A DNA stretch of 64,000 nucleotides, from assembly GCA_963845515.1 (NCBI GenBank), contig CAWJSR010000039.1, positions 32,001 through 96,000 on the forward strand, read 5' to 3'. Made by a program: the position numbers and the translations under genes. How positions within the stretch are numbered: position 1 is the first letter of the stretch; each line of letters opens with the position of its first letter. This DNA is from an uncultured delta proteobacterium (GTDB lineage: Bacteria > Myxococcota > Myxococcia > Myxococcales > Anaeromyxobacteraceae). Below are positions 34,793 to 45,370 of the stretch, one piece after another. The notes beneath the pieces were generated by a model that worked only from the letters and a program-made list of their open reading frames with translations, did not search any database and had not been told where the DNA came from.

Positions 34793-35422
34793 ATGCGCCG
34801 ACTCCTTCCCCTCGCCGTCCTCATCGCCGCCGCGTGCGCCCACAAGGCGCCGCGGGAAGAGAAGCCGCAGGCGCTGGCCGGCCAGCCTTCAGCCGCCGAG
34901 GCGTCCGAGTTCCAGCCTGGGCCGGGGGAGAAGCTCGCCGAGATCGACGTGAACCGCGACGGCAAGCCCGACGTCTGGAAGGTCTTCAAGGACGACGCCG
35001 GCAAGGAGGTCGCCGTCCGCAAGTTCATGGACCTGAACGGCGACGGCCGCATCGACGCGCGCGAGTTCTACACGGCGCAGGGCACGCTCGATAAGGTCAT
35101 CTACGACATGGACTTCGACGGCCAGCCCGACGTCGTCCGCTTCTACGAGAAGGACCAGCTGGTGCGGAAGGAGTACGCCCTCGGCTTCGACGGCGTCTCC
35201 CGCACCTACAGCTACTACGAGAAGGGCAAGCTCATCCGCAAGGAGCGCGACACCAACAGCGACGGCAACGTCGACTACTGGGAGTACTGGGAGGCCGGCG
35301 CGCTCGACCGGATCGGCTACGACGACGACGCCGACGGCCAGGTCGACCGGTGGGAGTCGAAGAAGGTCGCAGCGGCCCCAGAGGAAGGCGCCGCCCCCGC
35401 AGCCGATCCGCTCAAGCAGTAG
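34793..35422 (+). CDS. Lipoprotein with tandem Dx[DN]xDG Ca-binding-like repeats
   Basis: Lipobox AAAC; repeats DVNRDG, DLNGDG, DMDFDG, DTNSDG and DDDADG. Confidence 0.8.
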   Translation: MRRLLPLAVLIAAACAHKAPREEKPQALAGQPSAAEASEFQPGPGEKLAEIDVNRDGKPDVWKVFKDDAGKEVAVRKFMDLNGDGRIDAREFYTAQGTLDKVIYDMDFDGQPDVVRFYEKDQLVRKEYALGFDGVSRTYSYYEKGKLIRKERDTNSDGNVDYWEYWEAGALDRIGYDDDADGQVDRWESKKVAAAPEEGAAPAADPLKQ

Positions 35423-35442
35423 GAGCAGCGACGCGCTGCTGA

Positions 35443-35477
35443 GGGAGAGGCCCGCCCGCGCGGGCCTCTCCCATTTT
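35443..35477 (+). terminator. Probable intrinsic terminator
   Basis: GGGAGAGGCCCGC-CC-GCGCGGGCCTCTCCC followed by ATTTT. Confidence 0.6.
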
Positions 35478-35596
35478 CTGGCAGGGACCGCCCCGTCCGC
35501 CCGGTGCACGTACGGCCGCCGCGCGGACGGTGAGCGCCCAGAAACCGGCGATCTTACTGGGAGCGCCCCGGCACGCGCGTCGCAACCGCGTCGTGC

Positions 35597-36385
35597 ATGC
35601 CCAGCGGTCCCCTCCTCCGGCTCCTCCTGCTCTCGTCCCTCGTGGCCAGCACCTCAGCCTGCTTCGTCAGCCGCCGGGTGCACCCGCGCGCGGCCGAGGA
35701 GCTTCGGCGCGGCTACGGGTACGTGGCCGGGGGGGACCTGGAGCGCGCGGAGGTGGCCTTCGCCCACGCGCTGGAGTTCGACCCCGATCTCGTGGAGGGG
35801 GAGAACGGCCTCGGCGTCGTGGCGAGGAGCCGCGGGGACCTCACGGGGGCGCTCCGCCGCTTCGACGTGGCGCTGGCGTCCGACGATGCCTTCGCCGAGG
35901 GGCACGCGAACCGCGGAGAGGTGCTGCTCGCGTCCGGCCGGCTGGGAGACGCCGAGCGCGCCCTGCGCTCCGCCCTCGCCCTCAACCCGGACCTCATCGA
36001 GGCGCGACACAACCTGGCGCGGGCGCTCCTCCGGCGCGGCCTGGCCGAGCCCGGTCGGCGCGAGGTCCACTGGGCGCGCGCGAGAGATGCCTACCTGCAC
36101 GTCCTGGAGACCGACGAACGCCGTGCGTCGGCCCACGCCGACCTGGCCCTGCTCGACTACCTCTCGTCGCGCCCAGAGCGCGCGGAGGCCGGCTGGGGCC
36201 GCGCGGCGGAGCTCTCCCCAGCCGATCCGGACGCCGCCCACGGGCTCTGCGTGGCTCGCGCCGCCCTGGGGCGCTGCCGCGAGGCGGTCCCCGAGTGCGA
36301 GCGGTGCCTCCGGCTCGCGCCAGGGAGCGCCTTGTGCGAGCAGAGCCTGGGGGCGGCGCTGGCGTGCGCCGCGCCCACGAAATGA
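35597..36385 (+). CDS. TPR-repeat lipoprotein
   Basis: Signal peptide with lipobox-like STSAC; TPR repeats (ALEFDPDL..NGLG, ALALNPDL..HNLA). Confidence 0.75.
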   Translation: MPSGPLLRLLLLSSLVASTSACFVSRRVHPRAAEELRRGYGYVAGGDLERAEVAFAHALEFDPDLVEGENGLGVVARSRGDLTGALRRFDVALASDDAFAEGHANRGEVLLASGRLGDAERALRSALALNPDLIEARHNLARALLRRGLAEPGRREVHWARARDAYLHVLETDERRASAHADLALLDYLSSRPERAEAGWGRAAELSPADPDAAHGLCVARAALGRCREAVPECERCLRLAPGSALCEQSLGAALACAAPTK

Positions 36386-36420
36386 AAGCGGCGCCGGATC
36401 CCGAAGGAGCCGGCGCCGCT
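36380..36420 (-). terminator. Terminator hairpin between convergent genes
   Basis: AGCGGCGCCGG...CCGGCGCCGCT stem, followed on the minus strand by TTCATTT. Confidence 0.55.
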
Positions 36421-36439
36421 AGACCGCCCTGACGGGCTG

Positions 36440-37000
36440 CTACGCCTTCTTGGCGAGCAGCTCCTGGCCGTGCTTGAAGCCCTTGTCGAACGCCTTCATG
36501 TTGAGGTCGATCGTGTTGGGCGGCACGGAGTCGGCGACCGCCTCGCGGGCGGCCTTCTCGCTGACGATGCCGGTGATGGCGGTGAAGAAGCCCACCATCA
36601 CGATGTTGAGCACCATCTTGCGGCCCAGCTCCTCGGCGTACCGGGTCGCGGGGACGCCGTAGACCTTAACGGTCGACGGCAGATCGTGGACCTTCACCAG
36701 ATCCTCCTCGATGAGGAGGATCCCGTCCGGCCGGAGCTCCGGCGCGAACTTGTTGAAGGCGTCCTGCGACATCGCCACCATCATGTGGGGATTGTGGACG
36801 TACGGGTAGAGGATGGGCGTGCTGTCCACCACCACCTGCGCGCTGCAGGCCGACCCGCGCGCCTCGGGGCCGAACGCCTGCGTGAGGCAGGAGAACTTGC
36901 TGTCGAAGAGCGCCGCAGCCTTGCCGACGATGATGCCGCCGAGGATGACGCCCTGCCCGCCCATTCCGCCGAACTTGATCTCAGTAGGACCCATTTTCAT
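36440..37000 (-). CDS. 2-oxoacid:ferredoxin oxidoreductase gamma subunit
   Basis: GMGGQGVI, FGPEARG and NIVMVG motifs. Confidence 0.93.
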   Translation of the reverse strand: MKMGPTEIKFGGMGGQGVILGGIIVGKAAALFDSKFSCLTQAFGPEARGSACSAQVVVDSTPILYPYVHNPHMMVAMSQDAFNKFAPELRPDGILLIEEDLVKVHDLPSTVKVYGVPATRYAEELGRKMVLNIVMVGFFTAITGIVSEKAAREAVADSVPPNTIDLNMKAFDKGFKHGQELLAKKA

Positions 37001-37006
37001 GTCTCC

Positions 37007-37873
37007 TTACGCCTGGCCCGGGATCTTGTAGGGCACGTACTTGGCGCCGAGCACCTCGCGGTGGCGGGCCTCCATGGCGTCCTGGAGCGGCACGCGCTCG
37101 CGATCGACGAACTTCCCGACCGTGATCTCCTTGCGGTAGTCGAGGAAGACGTCGTTCGTGGAGGCGCCGTTCTTGATGACGCTCTTCTCCTTGTAGAACT
37201 TCATCTCGTCGAGCCCCTCACCCAGCTTGTTGCGGCGCAGGTAGAGGGTCGGGCACGGGGCGAGGACCTCGATGAAGCGGAAGCCCTTCTTGTTCAGCGC
37301 CTCGTTCATCGACTTCGCGAGCTGGCGAACGTGGAAGGCCGTCCAGCGGGCGACGAAGGTCGCGCCGCAGGCGTCGACGATCCGCGGGAGGTTGAACGTC
37401 TCCTCGTACGCGCCGTACGGCGTGGTCGAGGCGATGGCGGTCTTGAACGTCGTCGGCGTCACCTGGCCGCCAGTCATGCCGTACGTGAAGTTGTTCACGC
37501 ACACCACGAGGAGGTCGGCGTTGCGGCGCGCGGCGTGGAAGAGGTGGTTGCCGCCGATGGCGGTGAGGTCACCGTCGCCGGAGTAGACCACCACCTTCAT
37601 GTCCGGCCGCGACAGCGCGAGGCCGGTCGCGAACGGGATCGCACGACCGTGGGTCGTGTGGAACGAGTCCACGTTCAGGTAGCCGGAGACGCGGCCGGTG
37701 CAGCCGATGCCGGAGACCACGGTGACCTTGTCGAGGTCGAACTCGGACTCGTCGAGGGCGCGGGCGAAGCAGTTGACCGTCGTGCCGATGCCACAGCCCG
37801 GGCACCAGATCGACGGCATGCGGTCCAGCCGCAGGTACTTGTTGACGGGGTTTTCCTTGACGGGGGGGCTCAT
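37007..37873 (-). CDS. 2-oxoacid:ferredoxin oxidoreductase beta subunit (TPP-binding)
   Basis: ATG 37873; WCPGCG, SGIGC, HTTHGRA, GDGD and YGMTGGQ motifs. Confidence 0.93.
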   Translation of the reverse strand: MSPPVKENPVNKYLRLDRMPSIWCPGCGIGTTVNCFARALDESEFDLDKVTVVSGIGCTGRVSGYLNVDSFHTTHGRAIPFATGLALSRPDMKVVVYSGDGDLTAIGGNHLFHAARRNADLLVVCVNNFTYGMTGGQVTPTTFKTAIASTTPYGAYEETFNLPRIVDACGATFVARWTAFHVRQLAKSMNEALNKKGFRFIEVLAPCPTLYLRRNKLGEGLDEMKFYKEKSVIKNGASTNDVFLDYRKEITVGKFVDRERVPLQDAMEARHREVLGAKYVPYKIPGQA

Positions 37874-39037
37874 CGAGAGGCCTCCATGATCTTGTTGAAG
37901 ATTGCCTCGGGCTCGTGAACCGTCCCGCCGACGTGCGGCACCGGGACGACCTTGGTGCGGCCCGCGTTGAGACGCTCCACCTCGAGCACCATCTGGCCCA
38001 GGTTGAGCTCGGGGAAGACGATGGCCTTCACCTTCTTGGAGAGCTCGATGATCTGCTTCTCGGGGAAGGGCCAGGCCGTGATGATCCGGAAGTGCCCGAC
38101 CTTCACGCCCTTGTCCTTCGCCATCTGGATGGCGCGCTCGGCGACGCGGGAGGTGATGCCGTAGCTGACGACGACGACGTCGGCGCCGTCGAGGTCCTTC
38201 TCCTCCCACTTGACGATCTTGTCGACGTTCTTGAGCAGCTTGTCGAACAGGCGCGTCTGCATCTTCTCGTGCGTCGGCACGTTCATCGCGGGGTAGCCGC
38301 GCTCGTCGTGCGTGAGGCCCGTGACGTTGAGCTTGTAGCCGTCGCCGACCTTGGCCATCTCGGGGACGAGGCTCCCCTCGGCGGCCTGGTACAGCTTGAA
38401 CTCGCCCGGCTTCTTCTTGGTCCAGCGCCGCTCCGTGACCTTCATCTTCTCGGGGGGCGGGATGACGACCTTCTCCGTCATGTGGCCGACGACCTCGTCG
38501 AGCATGACGATGACCGGAACCCGGTACTCCTCGGCGAGGTTGAAGGCGTCGAACGTCAGGTCGAAGCGACTCCTGCGGGGACGACGGGCAGAGCGCGATG
38601 AGCCGGTAGTCGCCGTGCGAGCCGAACCGGGCCTGCATCATGTCGCCCTGCGCGGTGGCGGTCGGCAGACCGGTCGACGGGCCAGCGCGCTGCACGTTGA
38701 TGTAGACGCACGGCGTCTCGGTGATGGCCGCGTAGCCGATGTGCTCCTGCATCAGCGAGAAGCCGGGGCCCGACGTCACGGTGCAGGCCTTGGCGCCGCC
38801 CCAGACGGCGCCGAGCAGCGCGATCGACGCGCCGAGCTCGTCCTCGAACTGGAGGAAGCGGCCGCCGCAGAACGGGAAGCGCTGGGCGAGCCGCTCCACG
38901 ACCTCGGTGGAAGGAGTGATGGGGTAACCAGACGAGAACCGGCAGCCTGCCGCGATGGCGCCCTCGGCAGCAGCGTGGTCGCCGTCGAGGTAGTGAGCCC
39001 CGGAGAGAATTCCCTGCGAATCAGCGTTTCCGCTCAT
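37870..39037 (-). CDS. 2-oxoacid:ferredoxin oxidoreductase alpha subunit, with an apparent 1-nt insertion at about 38567
   Basis: GYPITPSTE, TSGPGFSL and QRAGPSTGLPT in the 5' frame. It continues as FDLTFDAFNLAEEYRVPV...ELNLGQ in a second frame. Confidence 0.9.
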
Positions 39038-39049
39038 TTTGGGTGGCTC

Positions 39050-39301
39050 CTAAGCCGCCTCGCCGGCCGCCGCTTCGCGGTAGCCGTAGATGGCAAAGTC
39101 GGGGCACATCAGGCCGCACATGTCGCAGCCGGTGCACTTCTCCGGCGTCGCCAGGAACGGGGGGTGGTAGCCCTTGACGTTGTACCCCTTCTCGAGCTCG
39201 AGACACTTCGTGGGGCAGAACTCAACGCAAAAGCCGCAGCCCTTGCAGTTTTCGCGGTTGATGACGACGACACCGCGAGCCTTCTTCTTCGCTTCCGTCA
39301 T
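39050..39301 (-). CDS. 2x[4Fe-4S] ferredoxin (oxidoreductase delta subunit)
   Basis: CKGCGFCVEFCP and CTGCDMCGLMCP. Confidence 0.95.
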   Translation of the reverse strand: MTEAKKKARGVVVINRENCKGCGFCVEFCPTKCLELEKGYNVKGYHPPFLATPEKCTGCDMCGLMCPDFAIYGYREAAAGEAA

Positions 39302-39389
39302 TAGATTGCTCCTCGGGGGAGCTACCGGCCGGCGGCCGGGCCCGGTTTCAGAGAGGCGCCGTAACTACCAAATGGGACTCCAGAATGCA

Positions 39390-39405
39390 ATTGACGACCG
39401 TCAAT
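39390..39405. promoter_or_regulatory. FNR/CRP-family-type palindromic binding site
   Basis: ATTGAC-GACC-GTCAAT within an AT-rich intergenic region, abutting a minus-strand TTGCAT-17 nt-TAGTTA. Confidence 0.65.
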
Positions 39406-39532
39406 ATGCAGCAGAAAACATCAACAAATTTAGTTACTCCATCAGGTCCACTTTGGACGACGCAGAGTAATGGATAATTTGAGTCCAGATTCGACCCAGG
39501 GTGACTGGCGATCCGGGGGCTGGCGGAAGCGC

Positions 39533-39568
39533 AGAGGGCCGGCCCCGCTCGCGCGAGACCGGCCCTCT
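39533..39568 (-). terminator. Hairpin downstream of the second oxidoreductase operon
   Basis: AGAGGGCCGG...CCGGCCCTCT stem with only a weak U-tract. Confidence 0.4.
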
Positions 39569-39589
39569 TAGCGCAACACTTCCGAACGG

Positions 39590-40633
39590 TTATCCGATCG
39601 TCCAGGTGTCCGAGCCGGCGAGGAGCTTCGACAGGTCGGCGTCCTTCCTAGCGGCCTTGGTGGCGTCGATCTTCTCCCACGTCATCTCGTCCGCCGTCGG
39701 GCGCCGGACGTCGCGGAAGATGCCGACGGGCGTCGGGAAGCCAGGACGAGCCGTCATGCTCGCGAGCATGTAGGCGACCGACGGATCCTCGCGCGTCGCG
39801 TCGTGGACCAGGATGTCCTTCTCGGAGATACCGCCCTCGCCGAGCGTGACGACCTCGAGCTGGATCGTCTGCGGGTTGAACCGGATCCCCTTCTTGTTCT
39901 CCTTGCCGAAGAGGAGCGGCTTCCCCTGCTCCATCCGGAGCTGCGCGTCCGCCTTCACCGCCTTGTCGGTGACGAAGTCGTAGGCGCCGTCGTTGAAGAC
40001 CGGGCAGTTCTGGAAGACCTCGACGAAGACGCTCCCCTTGTGCTCCGCCGCGCCCTTGAGGACCGCGGCGAGGTGCGGCCCGTCCACGTCGATCGAGCGC
40101 GCGACGAAGGTGGCCCCGGCGCCCATCGCCAGCTCGGGCGGGTTGAAGGGGTAGTCCGGGGAGCCCTGCGGCGTCGTCTTCGTCTTCTTGCCCAGCTCGG
40201 AGGTCGGCGAGACCTGCCCCTTCGTCAGGCCGTAGATGCGGTTGTTGAACAGCAGCAGCTTGATGTCGAGGTTGCGGCGCATCGCGTGGATGAAGTGGTT
40301 GCCGCCGATGGCCAGCGCGTCGCCGTCGCCGGTGATGACCCAGACCATCAGCTCCGGGCGAGAGACCTTGAGCCCCGAGGCGAAGGACGGGGCGCGCCCG
40401 TGGAGCGTGTGCATCCCGTAGTTGTTCATGTAGTACGGGAAGCGGGAGGAGCAGCCGATGCCGGAGACGAAGACGATGTTCTCGCGCCTCACGCCGGTGC
40501 CCGGGAGCAGCCGCTGCACCTGGTTGATGATCGCGTAGTCGCCGCAGCCGGGGCACCAGCGCGGATCCACGCCGGACTCGAAGTCCTTCTTGGTGTACGT
40601 CGGGAGCGCCGTGCGCGCGTCGGTGATGGACAT
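39590..40633 (-). CDS. 2-oxoacid:ferredoxin oxidoreductase beta subunit (two-subunit type)
   Basis: WCPGCGD, SGIGCSSR, HGRA, GDGD and YGLTKGQ motifs. Confidence 0.95.
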   Translation of the reverse strand: MSITDARTALPTYTKKDFESGVDPRWCPGCGDYAIINQVQRLLPGTGVRRENIVFVSGIGCSSRFPYYMNNYGMHTLHGRAPSFASGLKVSRPELMVWVITGDGDALAIGGNHFIHAMRRNLDIKLLLFNNRIYGLTKGQVSPTSELGKKTKTTPQGSPDYPFNPPELAMGAGATFVARSIDVDGPHLAAVLKGAAEHKGSVFVEVFQNCPVFNDGAYDFVTDKAVKADAQLRMEQGKPLLFGKENKKGIRFNPQTIQLEVVTLGEGGISEKDILVHDATREDPSVAYMLASMTARPGFPTPVGIFRDVRRPTADEMTWEKIDATKAARKDADLSKLLAGSDTWTIG

Positions 40634-40657
40634 GATCGTCGGTTCCTTTCCCGGCAG

Positions 40658-42520
<1,863 letters not shown>

Positions 42521-42679
42521 GGGAGCAGTCGTCTCCTGAGCGTTTGCAGTGAGGGTGCTCTGGGTATCTAAGAACCTTTGCTCCGTAGCGCAGGCCTTTG
42601 TCGTGGCCCCATGAGGGATCGTGCGCCCCACGAGCGCGGTATCCCGTGGAGGGCGCTGCCGCTTCCGGCTGCGACCGCG

Positions 42680-44068
42680 CTAGGGGGAGCTGAAGATCTT
42701 CCCGGGGTTCAGGATTCCAAGGGGATCGAAGACCCCCTTCAGCCGGCGCTGGAGCGCGACCAGGTCCCTCCCCTGCTCGTAGACCAGGAAGTCGCGCTTG
42801 CCGAGCCCCACCCCGTGCTCCCCCGTGATGGTTCCGCCCAGGTCGACCGCGGCGCGAAGGATCTCGGCGACCGCCTCGTCCACCGCCGGCCGCTCTTCGG
42901 GCCGATCGAAGAGGACGTTGCAGTGGAGGTTCCCGTCGCCGGCGTGGCCGTAGGTCGCGACGACGAGTCCCCGCCCCTCGCCCGCCCGCTTCGCCCGCTC
43001 CACCATCTCGGGGATGCGCGAGCGCGGGACGGCGATGTCCTCGGACAGCTTGTACGGGTGGAGCGCCTTGAGGTTCACCGAGAGGTACCGGCGCGTCTCC
43101 CAGATGGCCCGCCGCTGGGCCTCGTTCTGGGCGACGACGACGTCTCCCGATGCGTCTCCCTGGACGGCGTCGGCGATCTTCACGATCTCGGCGAAGACCT
43201 GCTCCTCGTCGTTGCCGTCGGTCTCGACGAGCAGCGCAGCCCCCGCGCCAGGCGGGAACTGGAAGGGGGAGGTCTTCATCGCCGCGGCGAGCGAGACGTC
43301 GTCCATCAGCTCGAGGCAGCGTGGGAGGACCCCCTGCGCGAGGACTCGCGTGACGGCACGCGCCGCGACCGCCACCGACTCGAAGGCCACCAGCGCCGTC
43401 GCCACGTGACGCGGGCGCGGGATGAGCTTGACCATCACCTCGGTGACGATCCCGAGCGTCCCCTCGCTCCCCACGAAGAGCGAGGTCAGGTCGTAGCCGG
43501 CGACGCCCTTGATGCTCCGGTGGCCGACCCGGAGGATCTCGCCGGTCGGGATGACCACCGTGAGCCCCAGCACGTACTCGCGCGTGACGCCGTACTTGAG
43601 CGCCCGCGGCCCGCCGGCGTTCTCCGCCACGTTGCCGCCCAGGGTGCAGATCTCCAGCGAGTTCGGGTCCGGCGGGTAGAAGAGCCCCAGCCTCTCGACC
43701 TCTGCCTGGAAGACGCCGGTGATGACCCCAGGCTCGACGCGCGCGACCAGGTCCTCGGGGCTCACCTCGAGGATCCGGTTCATCCTCTCCAGCGACACGG
43801 CTATGCCGCCCTGGATCGCGAGGACGCCCCCGGACTTCCCGGAGCGGGCCGCGACCGGGATCACCGGCACGCGGTGGCGAGCGGCTATCTCGAAGACCCG
43901 CTGCACGTCGGCGGCGCTCTCGACGAGCACCGCGACGTCCGGAGCGTAGGTCCCGAGCTCCGACTCGTCGTGACCGTACTCGGCGAGCCGATCGGGCGCC
44001 TGAACCACGCTGCGCGCACCGAACGCGGCGAGGAGGTCCTTCACCGCCTCCAGGATCGGTGTCGCCAT
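42680..44068 (-). CDS. FAD-linked oxidase (GlcD / D-2-hydroxyacid dehydrogenase family)
   Basis: YPPDPNS, GGNVAENAGG, GSEGTLG, GHAGDGNLH, GEHGVG and LNPGK motifs. Confidence 0.92.
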   Translation of the reverse strand: MATPILEAVKDLLAAFGARSVVQAPDRLAEYGHDESELGTYAPDVAVLVESAADVQRVFEIAARHRVPVIPVAARSGKSGGVLAIQGGIAVSLERMNRILEVSPEDLVARVEPGVITGVFQAEVERLGLFYPPDPNSLEICTLGGNVAENAGGPRALKYGVTREYVLGLTVVIPTGEILRVGHRSIKGVAGYDLTSLFVGSEGTLGIVTEVMVKLIPRPRHVATALVAFESVAVAARAVTRVLAQGVLPRCLELMDDVSLAAAMKTSPFQFPPGAGAALLVETDGNDEEQVFAEIVKIADAVQGDASGDVVVAQNEAQRRAIWETRRYLSVNLKALHPYKLSEDIAVPRSRIPEMVERAKRAGEGRGLVVATYGHAGDGNLHCNVLFDRPEERPAVDEAVAEILRAAVDLGGTITGEHGVGLGKRDFLVYEQGRDLVALQRRLKGVFDPLGILNPGKIFSSP

Positions 44069-44072
44069 GGGA

Positions 44073-44699
44073 TCACCTCTTCGGCGCAGCGCGCCCCACG
44101 AGCCGCAGGAAGCGGCGCTGGAGCCGCTCGTCCCGGCGCATGACGCCGAGGAACGCGTCGGCGTGGGCGCGTGCGTGGGGCCGCCGGCCTCCCCGCACGG
44201 TCATGCATAGCTGCTCGGCGTCGAGGATGCAGGCGGCGCCGCGGGCGCCGAGGTGGCGCACGAGCGCGTCGGCGACGCTCCGCGCCAGGTCCTCCTGCAG
44301 GACGAACCGGTGCGCGAGCGCGTCCACTAGCTGGACGATCTGGCCGAAGCCGGCGATCCGATCGCCCGGGACGTAGGCGACGTGGGCCACTCCCCGGGAA
44401 GGCAGCAGGTGGTGCGGGCAGATCGAGTGGAAGTCGATGCCGGTGACCGCGACGAGATCGCGCTCCCGCGACGGGATCGCGTCGGCGAGGATCTCCGCCG
44501 GGTCCCGGCGGTATCCGTCGAGCAGGTCACCCAGCCAGGCCTGCGTCACGCGCTGCGGCGTGAGCGCGAGCGCCTCCGAGCGGCGGACCTCCGCGGGGAG
44601 CCCCATCGCGTCGAGGAACGCGGAGATGGCGCGGGCGGCGCCTTCGGGGGAGGCGTCGGGCCGGCGCTCGGATCTGGCCGGCTTGCGCTTCGCGACCAC
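44073..44699 (-). CDS. GTP cyclohydrolase I (FolE)-like protein with an atypical active site
   Basis: TPQRV, SICPHHLLP, AYVP, LQE and LCMTVRG match the FolE fold, with several substitutions. Confidence 0.8.
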   Translation of the reverse strand: MVAKRKPARSERRPDASPEGAARAISAFLDAMGLPAEVRRSEALALTPQRVTQAWLGDLLDGYRRDPAEILADAIPSRERDLVAVTGIDFHSICPHHLLPSRGVAHVAYVPGDRIAGFGQIVQLVDALAHRFVLQEDLARSVADALVRHLGARGAACILDAEQLCMTVRGGRRPHARAHADAFLGVMRRDERLQRRFLRLVGRAAPKR

Positions 44700-44708
44700 G
44701 CGGACCCG

Positions 44709-45035
44709 CTACGGCGCCGGCGGCGGGTTCACGCCCCCGGCCGCTTCGAACGCCTCTGCGGACAGGTTGAGCGCGTTCTTCAGGACCTGGCTGGGTCGGA
44801 ACGTCAGCACCCGCCGGGCGCTGATCTCGATCTCCTCGCCAGTCTGCGGGTTTCGGCCGACTCGCGACTTCTTGTCGCGAACGATGAAGTTCCCGAAGCC
44901 GCTGATCTTGATCTTCTCGCCGCGCTCCAGGGTCTCCTTGATGGTGTCGAAGACCATCTCGACGATCTCGGCAGCTTCCTTCTTGGAGAAGCCGACCTTC
45001 TCGTAGACGTTCTCGATGATGTCTGCCTTGGTCAC
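44709..45035 (-). CDS. ihfA: Integration host factor alpha subunit
   Basis: KISGFGNF, GRNPQTGEEI and RRVLTFRPSQ; downstream of pheT. Confidence 0.93.
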   Translation of the reverse strand: MTKADIIENVYEKVGFSKKEAAEIVEMVFDTIKETLERGEKIKISGFGNFIVRDKKSRVGRNPQTGEEIEISARRVLTFRPSQVLKNALNLSAEAFEAAGGVNPPPAP

Positions 45036-45076
45036 GGCGGAGCGCCCCCCGGAGAATCGATGGCTAAGTACCCGAT

Positions 45077-45105
45077 TCGTTAACCAATTTTCCGCACCCT
45101 GTCAA
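45077..45105 (-). promoter_or_regulatory. Putative sigma70 promoter of ihfA
   Basis: TTGACA-17 nt-TAACGA. Confidence 0.5.
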
Positions 45106-45127
45106 ACAAGCGCCACGTTTGGGGCGC

Positions 45128-45367
45128 TCAGCGCCGCGACTCGAGCCGCTCCAGCTCCTTGCGCGCGGTGTCACGGGGAGCCCGAGTGGCCTCCTCGGCC
45201 TGGTCGAGCTGCGCCTTCCGGGCCTCGGGAGGGAGCCCTTCGACGACCGGGCGGTCGTCGATCCAGCGCCCGGCCCCGGCGAGCCACGCGAGCACGGCCA
45301 GGGTGACGATCGCGCCTGCGGCGGCGATGGCGACGAGCACTCTGCGCGTCAGCCGGCCGCGTTCCAT
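45128..45367 (-). CDS. Small single-TM hypothetical protein
   Basis: ATG directly after the pheT stop; hydrophobic N-terminal helix and charged helical C-terminus. Confidence 0.55.
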   Translation of the reverse strand: MERGRLTRRVLVAIAAAGAIVTLAVLAWLAGAGRWIDDRPVVEGLPPEARKAQLDQAEEATRAPRDTARKELERLESRR

Positions 45368-45370
45368 CCC

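Noticed and set aside
37007..39037. Apparent alpha-beta fusion oxidoreductase (676 aa ORF)
   Set aside because: Artefact of the 1-nt insertion at about 38567. The middle part is out-of-frame sequence and the true alpha C-terminus is in another frame.
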